From NCBI RefSeq assembly GCF_963853765.1, contig NC_088853.1, positions 16,616,001 to 16,680,000 on the forward strand: a DNA stretch of 64,000 nt, in the 5' to 3' direction. The notes under the pieces are model-generated. The model was not told where the DNA came from. It searched no databases and was given only the letters and a program-made list of their open reading frames with translations. This DNA is from Magallana gigas (taxonomy: Eukaryota). Position numbers and translations under genes: made by a program. Position 1 is the stretch's first letter; the number at the start of each line of letters is the position of its first letter. Positions 39,801 through 51,400 of this stretch are shown here, in pieces.

Positions 39801-42800
39801 GGTCTGTGGACCACCAAAAACATTAGTATTTATTGCCATCAACTCCCAGGACTCAAGCCATCAGCGACCATCTAAGCATGGAACTGCATTGAAAGTGTGC
39901 ATCTTCCATGGATGTTGAGCTAACCAGATTTTGTAGTTCTTCTTGACATTGAACACATTTGATGTTAAATACCCTATGCTTTAGACAATATGAAATAAGC
40001 AGGATGATCAGTGTGTTAAAAATGCCCACAATTCTGATTTGTCTATCTATTCTTATCGCAGGGAGCTATTCAAGGACCTGAAGAGTTTGCTGAGGGTCTG
40101 GCCCTTGGGGTCAGGAGTCTCTTGGGTCATGCTGTAGGTCAGTATGAATTATTCATATGACACAAATAAGTCAGAGGTCAATAGGCCAAATGAATTTGAA
40201 TTATGCATAATAAGTATATCAAATTTATCATGTATCTCCAATGATCTCCAAGAATCAATTAAAGTTTATTAAAAGTAAAATGGAATTATTATAACAGTGT
40301 AATTGATGTCAGGAGATATTACATAATTATTATCATTGGCAAGATTTTCAAAACTTGCATTATTTAGATATAATTGAGAAATAAAGTTTTGTTTTCTTGA
40401 AAAAGATCTTAACTTGTCCAATTGCTTACAGTTTTTGAGCTCAAACAAATTTCCTTCAATGTACAATGTTTTTCCTGTTCTTCTGTTCATAGGTGGCGCT
40501 GCAGGAGCAGTTTCACGAATCACCGGTACGATCGGCAAGGGACTAGCAGCGCTGACATTTGACGATGAGTATCAGAAGAAGAGGAGAGAGGGACTGAATA
40601 AAAAACCAGCCAACATCGGAGAGGGGTTCGCCAGGGGAGGGAAAGGACTTGTCATGGTCAGTATAGAAATAGATATTCTATGTGGGAGAAGAATCACCTC
40701 AAAATGAGAAAGGCCCTTTCAGTAAAAATTTAAGGAAACTTAGGGAGAAGTAAAGTTACATTATAGTCAGGGAAAGCACATGGGAATAGAGCAGGTTCCA
40801 TGCAATATTTTGATATATTTAGTATTAATTCAATAACCATGATAAAATGATTTAGACAAAAGGAAATGGTTATTTTTAATTTTTCTGAAAGAATTCCATT
40901 GTGGATTTATGTTGTTATGAACTTGTACATTGTCTGAAAGAAAAATTGTTTTTTGGCAGGGAGTTTTTGATGGAGTTACAGGAATTGTCCGAAAACCAAT
41001 AGAGGGCGCTCAGAAGGAAGGTGTGGAAGGTTTCTTCAAAGGTACGAACACTCTGAACATTACTGTCATTGAAAACCAACTTTAATAATCATGTTTGTTG
41101 AAATGTTTGCCAGATTCTCATTGATGTGAATATTTCTTGCCAGCATTCAAATCTTAGTTTTATCTTGGAGTTACCTGTTTCAGGGATCGGGAAAGGCCTG
41201 GTTGGCGTGGTAACCAGACCGACCAGTGGGGTGATAGATTTTGCCAGCAGCTCCTTCGAAGGAATCAAGAGGTAGGCAGAGAATAGAGCCTAAAAATATG
41301 TGCCACTATATAAATAGTGCCTGTTTAGGAGGGTGGCAATGGTTTTCTCCGGGTTTCAATTTCAACTGTCACCCTCCCAAACAGGTACTATTTGTTTTAT
41401 TATACTGAATGTCTCATTTAGAGAAAATTTTACTCCTTCATATGGAAAAAGGCGAACCGTACGCGCATGATTTTCGCGCATGTAAAATTCGTAATGTTAC
41501 AAATTGTTACATGCGCGAAAATTATGCGCGTACGGTTCGCTGTAGAATTCACGTTATTCCTATACAAAAGCTGTAAAATTTTCTTAAAAATTAAGACATT
41601 CAGTATAACAAAATAAATAGTGCCTGTTTGGGAGGATAAAAGTTGAAATTGACACCCCTCGAAAACCATTGTCAACCTCCGCTTCGCCTCGGTTGTCAAT
41701 GGTTTTCTCCGGCTGTCAATTTCAACTGTTACCCTCCCAAACAGGCACTATTTATATAATGTTAACCGTTGCTAAGTGCGTTGCTAACGCTGAGGGTAAT
41801 TCAACGGATTATGAACTGCGTCTTAACCAATCAGATTTCAGTATTTAACATGAAAGTATAACAAAATGAATTGTTACATGCTCGTAATTTTTGCACGTAC
41901 GGTTCACCATAGAATTCACGCAATTTCCATATGAAGGAGTAAAATTTTCTCTAAATGAGACATTCAGTATAATAAGATAAATAGTACCTGTTTGGGAGGG
42001 TGACAGTTGAAATTGACACCCGGAGAGAACCATTGCCACCCTGTCAATTTCAACTGTTACCCTCCCAAACAGGTACTATTTATATAGTGTTACCTCATTG
42101 CCAAGTGTGTTGCTAATGCTGAGGGTAGTGGAATGAATTATCCACTGTGTCTAAACCAATCGGATAAAACAACGTAGGATATGTGTCCTTTCTGATGTAA
42201 TTTATTTCAACAAATAAAATATTATTTTCTTATCAAACAAATGCATTGATTATACCCCATGTATTAATTCCGATGAAAAACTTGAAACCTTTCTTTTATT
42301 TTACAGAATTGCAGAACTGTCAGATGACGTAGGAAGACTACGTCCCCCTAGACGATTTCACTCAGACAAAATAATTCGTCCGTACAGTCTCGTCGAGGCC
42401 TCAGGATACGCCATTTTACAGGTAAACTTCAAATTGATCTCTTCCATTTTGAATATTTAGTCTAGATATGAAAATCATGTAACTGTTTAATTGTTGTTGA
42501 CAATTTCAGCCAGCTGTGAAGCTCTGTTTTTTAGAATGCTGAATATAAGTGTTGAGAAAATTTGTACATGTATAATCTACACAGTTTTGTTTTATTGAGT
42601 CCACATAAAAAAAACAATTTTAATATGGATTCATTAGAAGGTGGCCTTATCACAATTACACAGAAATTAAATAGTAGAGTTTTAAAGTGCATCATTAAGT
42701 TATCGCTTTTGTTCTCCTTTGCAGACCACGCAGTTTGTTAGTATTTTCAAAAATTTTAAAGATTTTATTACTTATTATGAATTCTTTGGGCTAGTGTTTT

Positions 42801-45800
42801 CATGGTGGTTTCCTCTCACTTTATGTTCTACATTTACTTTTTTAGTATTGTTGCAGGAAGTGTTTCAGTTTTTCACCATATAACTTTTATGTATGTCCGT
42901 TATTCCTTGATTCTGTGCACACTTTTATTTAACTGTAATGTTTTGACTTATTATAAGTTGATTATGTTTCCATGCATGATTGGCATTGATTGCAAGCAGA
43001 TAATTGGAAACTGATATCTTTTTCATTTAAATGAGCACCACAAGTTTACTTAACTTTTCAGAATAAAGTTTTCTCAGCTATCTTCTTTCTCTACATCATG
43101 ATGGTATGAAATTTTGCCTTATTTTTGTCTTTCTCCGAGAAAACTTGACCAATGAATTGCCTGTATAGGATTGTATGGATTCTGATGGTCATGCAATCAT
43201 TTTGAAAAAAAAAAAAGTGAAAGTATTTTTTGGACTCATTGATATTTCTGAGCTTCTATGTTTTATTCTTTTATGTCACAGTACAGTATATTAAGAATAT
43301 CAAGATCTCACTAGATATTTAATATTGTCCCAAAAGTACAAAACTTTCTGCAAAACTTTCGCGGATTGAGAAAAATGTCATTGTTCTCACTAAAAGTTGT
43401 GAAAAGCACCCCTTGCAGATTTTGAAATCTCACTATTATTTTTCTGATAATGAATACACAATATGAAATTAAACGTTTAGAGTTTATTATATTATATATT
43501 TTTCCATGGGATTTGTTGTAAAAAGACAGAATGATCATGGAATTCCGTCCTTGAGTAAAATAAGGAATTAACAGTAAATGTGGAAAATAACAATGATCAA
43601 CTTGTGTTGTGGTTAGTTAAATTGATAGAAGTTTTGTTGTTGTAGGAAACAGAGAAGGGGAAGTTTGCTGGAACAGATGAATACATGGCTCATTCTGTGA
43701 TCATTGGAGACAGCAAGTCCACCAAGAGTGTTCTACTAGTTACAGACAGGTAATCTTGGTATTACAATAATGTATTTATATTACATAACAGAAGGTCCAC
43801 CAAGAGTGTTCTACTAGTTACTGACAGGTAACCTTGGTATTACAATGATGTAATTACATTACATAACAGCAAGTCCACCAAGAGTGTTCTACTAGTAACT
43901 GACAGGTAACCTTGGTATTACAATGATGTAATTACATTACATAACAGCAAGTCCACCAAGAGTGTTCTACTAGTTACAGACAGGTAATCTTGGTATTACA
44001 ATAATGTAATTACATTACATAACAGCAAGTCCACCAAGAGTGTTCTACTAGTAACTGACAGGTAACCTTGGTATTACAATGATGTAATTACATTACATAA
44101 CAGCAAGTCCACCAAGAGTGTTCTACTAGTTACTGACAGGTAACCTTGGTATTACAATGATGTAATTACATTACATAACAGCAAGTCCACCAAGAGTGTT
44201 CTACTAGTAACTGACAGGTAACCTTGGTATTACAATGATGTAATTACATTACATAACAGCAAGTCCACCAAGAGTGTTCTACTAGTTACAGACAGGTAAT
44301 CTTGGTATTACAATAATGTAATTACATTACATAACAGCAAGTCCACCAAGAGTGTTCTACTAGTAACTGACAGGTAACCTTGGTATTACAATGATGTAAT
44401 TACATTACATAACAGCAAGTCCACCAAGAGTGTTCTACTAGTTACAGGTAATCTTGGTATTACAATGATGTAATTACATTACATAACAGAAGGTCCACCA
44501 AGAGTGTTCTACTAGTTATAGACACTGGCAGGTAAGTTTGATATTAAAATAATGTAATTACCTTATATGACAGCAAGACCACTAAAAGTGTTCTACTAGT
44601 AACAAACAGGTAACCTTGGTATTACAATGATGTAATTACATTACATAACAGCACGTCCACCAAGAGTGTTCTACTAGTTACTGACAGGTAACCTTGGTAT
44701 TACAATGATGTAATTACATTACATTACAGCAAGTCCACCAAGAGTGTTCTACTAGTAACTGACAGGTAACCTTGGTATTACAATGATGTAAATACATTAC
44801 ATAACAGCAAGTCCACCAAGAGTGTTCTACTAGTTACAGACAGGTAATCTTGGTATTACAATAATGTAATTACATTACATAACAGCAAGTCCACCAAGAG
44901 TGTTCTACTAGTAACTGACAGGTAACCTTGGTATTACAATGATGTAATTACATTACATAACAGCAAGTCCACCAAGAGTGTTCTACTAGTTACAGACAGG
45001 TAATCTTGGTATTACAATGATGTAATTACATTATATAACAGCAAGTCCACCAAGAGTGTTCTACTAGTTATAGACACTGGCAGGTAAGTTTGATATTAAA
45101 ATAATGTAATTACCTTATATGACAGCAAGACCACTAAAAGTGTTCTACTAGTAACAAACAGGTAACCATGATTTTACTGTGATGTAATTACATTATATGA
45201 CAGCAATTCCACCAGGAGTGTACAACTAGTAACTTACAGGTAACCATGATATTACAATATTATATGATTACATCCCATGACAGCAATATTACAAAGAGTG
45301 TCCTACTAGTAACTGACAGGTAAATTTGCCATTGCTTAATATGCAATAGCGGTATGAAATACAAAGCAATGTAACCTAGGAATAACGTTTGTAATACATT
45401 TTATGTAACTTCATGGCAGTAATTTCAAATGTTTTTGAAAAGATTATACAGAGAGGGTCTTAATGGTATAATATTATGTTATGTGATTTCAATATCATTC
45501 TGATATGATAAGTATTTCATATCAGCATCATATGGGAGGAAATTGCCAAATGAATGTATTAATTAATTTTGCATTCATAGTCCATTGGTGATCTCATTTC
45601 ATTTAAGTATAGTGTGTCATTGATTCAATCTTTTAAAAATTACATCATTGTGCAAGTATTTGACACTTGTAGACAACAAGATGCTGAATCAAGTGAGCTC
45701 ATGTCTCTTGTTTAAAAGACTTTGTATTCCATTTTCAGACGAGTTATCTACGCCAACAAAGGTGACATCTTTGGACACTGGGATGCAGAGTGGTCACACA

Positions 45801-46779
45801 CATGGAGTGATCTAAAAGAAAAACCAAAGAGATCTGCCAAAGGAGTGGAGTTCCTGTTAAAGGTGAGGGCTAAGTACTGTCACACAGAACATTAGGAAAG
45901 CTGGATGGTCATTGCCATTATTTAAACTATTTGAACCTCCTGAATAGGAGAGCTTTGTATACATATACATGTGAAATCCAAAACTTTTTTCTTCACAGCC
46001 AAAAAAAAAAAAATATATGGCTAAACATTTAATACTTTTTTCATCCCCAAATTTATATTGAATATTTTGTATTTCAAGGATGACAAAAAGAAAAAGTTCC
46101 CTTTCTCCCTGGGAGGATCTGCCAAAAAGATCGAAGTTCATATCCCTGATCCCAAGAGAGCAGAGGTAAAAATGGGTCTTTATTGAATATTAATTGATCA
46201 CTGTCACAATGGTTTTGTCAATAATTGTTGAACTCATAAACTCATTGATTTCATTGTTGAGTTGATTCATGTCATCAATTAGTGGATTTCTGTGTTGATT
46301 CACAAAAATCAATCATTATGTCAAACATTTTAAAAATTATAGACAGTAAGAATTGTCCATCAATTAACTTGAAGTTATCATTGAAACTTTCAACTCAACT
46401 AAATTAACCAAAATTCATGTCAACAAACGTATGAAATCATAGTTAGTGTAAGTCTAAGTGAAAATCCTTTGTTCTGATAAATGTTATAGTTATACTACCC
46501 CCTGTTTTATTTTCACCCATTTTGCCCTCGTTTAAGAAAAAAATTTAAGACTGGGCGAATTTAAAACAGTTAAATTTCTTAATTACCGTCTTAATTAGGA
46601 AGGGTAAATCTATCATATTCTGTGTATAGGTAAATTTAAGAAGGGCAAAGTCATTTGCAATTGTAGAAGGGGGAAGAAAAAACATGAGGCAAAATTAACC
46701 CAGTGTACTGTATTTGTTTACTTTCTGATTACAGTGGCTGGTTGGGAAAATATCAGAAGCAATGGAAATAAGACACTGA
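6333..46779 (+). CDS. VPS13: VPS13A/C-family bridge-like lipid transfer protein, C-terminal ~2217 aa (late RBG repeats, VAB, WWE-like, APT1/ATG2_C, PH); 5' part lies upstream of the window
   Basis: Hand-spliced exons, all GT-AG with consistent phases: 6333-6450, 6818-6928, 7332-7435, 7647-7814, 7912-8240, 8528-8678, 8941-9103, 9260-9387, 9726-9901, 13283-13368, 13750-13881, 14154-14287, 15172-15288, 15421-15573, 16992-17162, 19294-19413, 19902-20027, 21170-21334, 21664-21786, 22335-22481, 22918-23079, 23424-23581, 23931-24033, 24422-24553, 25547-25633, 25878-25994, 26523-26624, 26878-26976, 29779-29883, 30765-30914, 31240-31371, 31791-31924, 32141-32270, 32611-32733, 33661-33773, 34228-34381, 34771-34905, 35218-35299, 36646-36715, 37251-37359, 37682-37801, 37929-38062, 38521-38716, 40062-40137, 40493-40656, 40960-41041, 41184-41271, 42307-42421, 43646-43749, 45739-45862, 46079-46165, 46735-46779 (6654 nt, stop TGA). 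Family motifs: [98 protein letters not shown] versus C orthology cannot be resolved; invertebrates typically have one co-ortholog. Confidence 0.95.
9398..9451. repeat. (GA)n microsatellite
   Basis: Direct reading. Confidence 0.95.
10585..11751. mobile_element. Non-autonomous Tc1/mariner-type TIR element
   Basis: TA|CCGTAATGT...ACATTACGG|TA; ~29-bp imperfect TIR, TA target duplication, subterminal GTATAA(T/C)ACGCAC repeats. Confidence 0.8.
14269..14460. repeat. 57-bp minisatellite derived from the exon 14154-14287 end and donor
   Basis: Units start at 14321, 14378 and 14435; the ancestral copy overlaps the exon end. Confidence 0.85.
14483..15131 (+). mobile_element. HINE carrying ~3 monomers of a ~161-167-bp Cg170-like satellite
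   Basis: 5' ATGCCCCCC...GGGAGGGCAT hairpin, GTCG/GTCT microsatellite, monomers at ~14561, 14722, 14889, 3' subTIR GGGGGGCAT, stem-loop GTGTTTCACAAACAT. Cg170 identity is recalled, not aligned. Confidence 0.8.
15556..15700. repeat. 32-bp minisatellite containing the exon 15421-15573 donor
   Basis: AATCTATCCAAACAGGAAGTAAGTCTGAACAC at 15556, 15588, 15620, 15652, partial at 15684. Confidence 0.95.
15789..16745 (-). mobile_element. Probable HINE-type insertion splitting the 32-bp repeat family
   Basis: Stem-loop TTGACGC-AA-GCGTCAA next to GGGCCGC near the left end; repeat copies resume at ~16755. Confidence 0.45.
17805..17962. mobile_element. Small MITE (CAGTAAAAC...GTTTTACTG)
   Basis: Short TIR, TA on the left flank. 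Confidence 0.55.
18689..18903. mobile_element. TA-flanked ~215-bp MITE
   Basis: TA|CTGAAAAC...GTTTACAG|TA. Confidence 0.5.
19517..19724. mobile_element. ~205-bp MITE with TTCGCCC-type motifs; family copies also at ~30942-31146, ~38141-38345 (inverted), ~46495-46712 (inverted)
   Basis: Shared internal sequence and CTGTATACAG|TA end seen in all four copies. Confidence 0.7.
20010..20705. repeat. ~37-bp minisatellite (~18 copies) derived from the exon 19902-20027 end and donor
   Basis: GGGATCTGGGACTACAGGT(T/A)GG core repeated. Confidence 0.9.
21834..22047. mobile_element. TA-flanked MITE; a similar CTGT...CACAG element lies at 32875-33093
   Basis: TA|CTGT...CCACAG|TA termini in both. Confidence 0.6.
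24891..25497. mobile_element. TTAA-flanked Kolobok-type non-autonomous element (607 bp)
   Basis: TTAA|AGCTGCTTGGTCCGATTTT...AAAATCGGACTAAGCAGCT|TTAA. Confidence 0.85.
26290..26541. repeat. 63-bp tandem repeat x4 containing the acceptor of exon 26523-26624
   Basis: Units at 26290, 26353, 26416, 26479, each with TTACAG|ATTTTAGGACTGCACTGTA. Confidence 0.95.
26646..26707. repeat. (TC)n microsatellite
   Basis: Direct reading. Confidence 0.95.
27820..28312 (+). mobile_element. Short degenerate HINE-type element
   Basis: 5' TCCCCTTGCG...GAAGGGGA hairpin; 3' CGCAAGGGGA plus small stem-loop and CTTGTT end. Confidence 0.45.
28500..28930. mobile_element. MITE with a second TIR element nested at ~28595-28850
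   Basis: Inner TIR AGAACCATTTTAATAAGAGCTTGGAC / GTCCAAGGTCTTGTTAAAATGGTTATA interrupts a TTTGAGAT-motif element. Confidence 0.5.
29914..30120. mobile_element. MITE (CTGTA(A/G)AT(T/G)CCTTATATTACGCGA family); a better-preserved TA-flanked copy lies at 50101-50316
   Basis: Shared sequence between both loci; the 50101 copy has TA|CTGTAAATTCC...GGAATTTACAG|TA. Confidence 0.7.
31937..31998. repeat. (GA)n microsatellite
   Basis: Direct reading. Confidence 0.95.
33777..34011. repeat. (TC)n/(TATC)n microsatellite running into an assembly gap (N 33867-34011)
   Basis: Direct reading. Confidence 0.95.
35351..35616. mobile_element. Zator-type MITE; a partial related copy lies at ~62868-63040
   Basis: TTA|GGCCTATAAAAAAAAATTGTGTGTTTAGGGTAA...TTACCCTAAACACACAACTTTTTTTTTAGGCC|TTA. 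GG..CC termini with a TWA TSD are characteristic of Zator. Confidence 0.7.
35726..36341. mobile_element. Second copy of the TTAA-flanked Kolobok-type element (616 bp)
   Basis: TTAA|AGCTGCTTGGTCCGA...TCGGACCAAGCAGCT|TTAA; collinear with 24891-25497 (parallel ORF-track hits 25155 and 35997). Confidence 0.85.
36907..37222. mobile_element. TTAA-flanked MITE containing a tRNA-like A/B-box module; related fragment at ~56698-56880
   Basis: TTAA|GGTGGTATGGGAC...GCCCAATACCACT|TTAA (imperfect TIR); GTTCGAATC at 37061. Confidence 0.6.
41309..42165. mobile_element. Multi-hairpin (foldback-like) interspersed repeat; related copy at ~49965-50470
   Basis: AAATAGT(G/A)CCTGTTTGGGAGG arms occur in alternating orientation; internal palindromes. 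Confidence 0.7.
43711..45320. repeat. 78-bp minisatellite (~20 copies) containing the exon 43646-43749 donor
   Basis: CAGCAAGTCCACCAAGAGTGTTCTACTAGT...GACAGGTAA(T/C)CTTGG... at 43711, 43789 and onward, decaying after ~45180. Confidence 0.95.
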
Positions 46780-48490
46780 AAATTGTTACAGAAACTCCAT
46801 TCATCTTCGTGTGTTACAAGGAGTTGTTGAATCATAATAGGATAAAAATTTCTACATTGTGTTGTTGCGCTTTCATTGACTATTGAGAAGTAAAACCACA
46901 TATGCATTTACATGTAATATAATTGTAAAATATTATATATACTGAGTGCAATCTTTGTGTTTTAGCACTGTAGAAATGATGTCAAGATGTAATGTGATTT
47001 GTTATGAAATATACTTTATTTCCCTGTTTTTTGCATACCATTAAGCCATTTTCAGTTTTAAAAACAGCTTTAAATTGAAAATATGAATGATGTATATGGA
47101 ATTCATCATTATCATTTTCTTTTAATTCAAATCGGTAAGGTTAATTGTAGGATGTTCAAACATTATGACAAATGTTTGTCATTAATATTGTGTTGCTCTA
47201 GACTATTGATAATACAATACTAAATTAATATTACAGTAGTTTGGTTGTAGTAATGCTATATAAGTTAGATATCAGTTCTAACATATGAATACTGTAAGAA
47301 AATATTCATTTGTCAGTAAGTTTTAGTGCTATTCAATGACAATTCACCTATACTCTGTTACATATGACACAAGTGCCATCTGGTCAATATTATGACAATG
47401 CTATGTCAGGACCTAACTTATTCAGATGTCTCAAAACTGTTTAAATTATAACTTAATTAGAGATATCAATACAATATTTAGATTAGGTGGTACTACCGGT
47501 ATGTAGACAATATGGAAGTGATATATCAGAGTTATATTTGTCAATAGGAAAGCAATATCATGAAAATATTATAATATTTAAACTATTTCAATTCAATTGA
47601 CGTATTTTATCTAACTAAGCTCATTCATGTCAATATTATCTTGTTTATATGTTAATATACATTCATTCAATATTATCTTGCTATGTTGTTTTCAAATGTA
47701 AACAGTACATCATTCAGTACATCAGTAATAGATTTATACTATATGCACGCAGCTTAAAAAATGTCTAAGAAAGTACGTGTACTGAAGTTTATTTTAGACA
47801 ATGTTTATCTTTTGTTTCTATTTTATCCTACACAACTATAGATATTGATTGATGTGTATGTTTAAAAAAAAAGGAGTTTAAGATATAATTCTATTTAATA
47901 TATATATTGTATGTATTGCGTTATATTGTAGGAATGTTAAATTATCACTTATTTATAGATATACCTTAGTTGTTCATTAAATGCCAATTTTTACTTTATT
48001 TCAAAAAACAAATACTAGGAATTGATTTATGAGCTTAATATGTCTTTATGACAGTTTCCCTTGGCTTTTTTCCATGAACTAACATTCCCCGTTTCAGTTT
48101 TATTTTGCATTTGAATGAGTTAAGATAAACACTGATAGTAAGCATTTTATTTAACATGTTCATGTCCATATGTTGTATGATTTTACAACAGTTATTTTTG
48201 TGTGATATTTACAGGCAAGTGATATAGCAATATATTTACAGGGTTAAGGAGATGCTTTGTAGATCAAGAACGGTTACTCTAGCATGGAGTTTGATCATTA
48301 TATCATCATAAAGTAATATGCACTAATTTTTCACAAGAACGTTTATAACTTCTTAAATTTAATCATTAACTATTTACTGGTTATATGCATTTAGGTATGT
48401 AGTGTCCAGCTTAGAGACGTATAAGACATTATTTCACCCCAAACCGATTGTGACTTTGAAAAAAAAATATTTGTCTTTTTAGTAAATAAA
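46780..48490 (+). other. Probable VPS13 3' UTR up to a candidate poly(A) signal
   Basis: AT-rich, ORF-free region after the stop; AATAAA at 48485-48490 followed by GT/T-rich sequence. True 3' end not determinable. Confidence 0.4.
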
Positions 48491-51400
48491 CGTGACTGTG
48501 CATTTAGACACGTAGTGTGGGCTAAGTTGTAAAGATTAACGCAGTTTGGGTTACTGTTAGATTTGCATTTGGATACTAGTATATTAGCGATATGTTTATA
48601 TATGTGTTTGTTGTTTATGAAATTAATTGTTATCTGTTCTCCATTTTATACTCTTGCCGAAACATTCATGCGTTTATTTTTAGTGTTTGTTGCTTAAAAA
48701 TGTATGTTTCAATTTGTTTTGTATTTGCATTTTTCTTTAAGAAAACACTTTTTTTTAGTTTTAACTTCATTGTTACTTTTGTATTTAATATTTAGAGTTT
48801 AATATAATTAACAAAATTCACAATCCATTTTGATAAATCAAGCCTAGAATCGCCTTTGATTAAAAAGCTATGCTTTGGCAAAAAAGGACAATTTGAATTT
48901 TGAACTGCCTGCGTTGGAAACAAAAGGGAAGGGGTATGGTTCAAACATTTGTCTGACAACCCATCTCAACCCCTAAACACAAATTATTACAACCTAGCCA
49001 TTCAGCCTCTTGACTAGATTTGTTGTTTATTTCTTTAAGAATTGATGGGTTGAAATGTTCTTGTAGAGTTTGATCATCATGCATTGGATGTGATGGTTTT
49101 GTTGTTAGAATTCCGTTGTTTATTTTGTAGCCATAATAAGACACCCACGCAAATAATTCAAAAAGTCGCGCGTGATTTCACGTGCAAAAAACACGGTGAA
49201 ACCACACACGAAAATAATTTATGAGTTTATTTATCATCAATTACATGTTAAAACGAGTGATAACAATGCGATATTTGTTTTTTTTTAAACCGTTCCCCGT
49301 GGAAGTTGCACACGATTTGATATAATTATGCATGATAATATACCTATATAGTACATGATTGTATGGTATATTTGCGTGAGAATCACGCGTGACTTATTTG
49401 TGTGTAGTAGTGCTTCCTCTTCTAATGTATCCTTGAAGTGCAATAAAAACTAATAAACTCACGAAGCTGTTCTGATGTTGTACCCCCTCTTCAAAGTGCA
49501 GCCTGTTATCTTTTTAAATTTATTAGCGTTTATTCCTCTATTAAACACGAATCTGGTATAAGCAACCAGAGTTATTATTCGGATTTTATTAGTTTTAAAC
49601 ATAATGCACATTTTGCGTTTCACGTCTCAAAACCACCATGAGATTGCGTTTATAACTCCATAATGGCGTCAGTTACCGTCCCTACAATAACTTACAGAAA
49701 TGATGTCAATTCCCAGTTCTGTACGTACCCAAATTTTTTGTGACAGATTTTACGGACTTTTTGGGACATTAAACGGAATTGCAGAACAAGAAAAGAACAA
49801 ACACATACGGAAGCGCGTTCGTGCTACGTAAGAGAAATATTGTATATGGCATCCACAACATACATGTATATCTGCATTGCGGCCGCGTTATAATTATCTG
49901 GCGGTCACTTGGTAGCTTGAATGTCGCCTGGTAGCTTGAACGTTTGTTAATTCTATTATATTGAATGTCTTAATTTTTTTTAAAAAACAATCTGCTTACG
50001 TGAATTCTACGGCGATCGCGAACTGTACGCGCATAATTTATGCGTATATAACAGTTCGTTGTGTTACCCGTTGCGAAGTGTGTTGCTAACGCCGAGGGTA
50101 CTGTAAATTCCTTATATTACGCGAGGACATAATTCCGCGACCCCACTGTTTTGTATCAAATCGCGAGAATAGAAAATTGCGAACGCGGAACATATATCTA
50201 TATAATTTCTTATACACGTAGTTTCCAACTCTCAGAAAGTAAGTGCGAGATTTTAGAATCGCTTCTCGCGATTTTACGCTAATAGAAATTCCTCGCGTTT
50301 ATTTAGGAATTTACAGTAATATATTACGGATTATCAACTGCGCATATACATGTACCAATCAGATTTCATTATTTAACATGAAAGTATAAAAATATAAAAT
50401 AAATAAATAATGCTTGTTTGAGAGGGCTAGAGATGAAATTGATATCCACGAGAAAACCATTGTCAACCGCGTTGGCAAAACAATTTTATGGTTTAAAAAG
50501 GAATTAGGGCCAGTGAGTTGAAAAGCCCTTGAGTAATATCGAAACCGAAGGTACACGTAATTCATCCAACAAATAAAATTGCGATTCAATGTAAATGTTT
50601 ACCTATTAAATATTATATTAAACAAATTTGATACTGAAAATATTCATTGCTCAAAACAAAAAATGTTCAGCAAGATGACTATAATCAAGAAGTTGTTAGA
50701 GAAATCTGGGAAGTTTTCAATATTTTTGATTCTGTACAATTGAAGGATCAACGAGGGTTCTATCCGGTTTTTCTTCTTCTTTGGGTGATGTATATTATGT
50801 TTATGATGGCAGATCTGGAAAGTAATCTGAATGTTGAAATATTATGAAGAAAAATGAAAAACAGTGAAGGGGTAGTTTGCATGCCTTACTTTTTGTAAAA
50901 AGTTTTCTTTGGAATGCACCAAGTGTGGTACAGTGCGTCAGTCCTCATTGCTCACATTATATGCCAGTGCAAGCCGAAGAAAGACAAAATATAGACATGT
51001 ACATATATACTATATAGAGACATGTACATGTATACTATATACTAGTAGGCTGTTGACACTTATTTATTTCGCGACCACCACTTGGGTGGTATGCGATAAA
51101 CTCCCATGTTGTGACGTAATATAGTCTGTCCCAAGATATTCATGCTGCACATTTTGACGATTTTTTTATAAAAAAAAAAATATATATATATATATACATA
51201 CCTGTGAGAGAAGTGCAATTGAAATCGACGAAATAGAAAATTTCCAAGATATCTTCATTGACACATTATCGTTTTTCACTCATAAAAACTCACAGAAACG
51301 AAAACCGATTTCTTACGGAGATTTATAATTGGGAATGTTAACATGTTAAGAGGCTGTCCAAGCAAAATTCAGGCAGGGCTTTGCACATGCTACGTCTTGG

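Noticed and set aside
48941-49144. Minus ORF with an HPMH motif resembling a LINE C-terminus
   Set aside because: Too short and weak to call.
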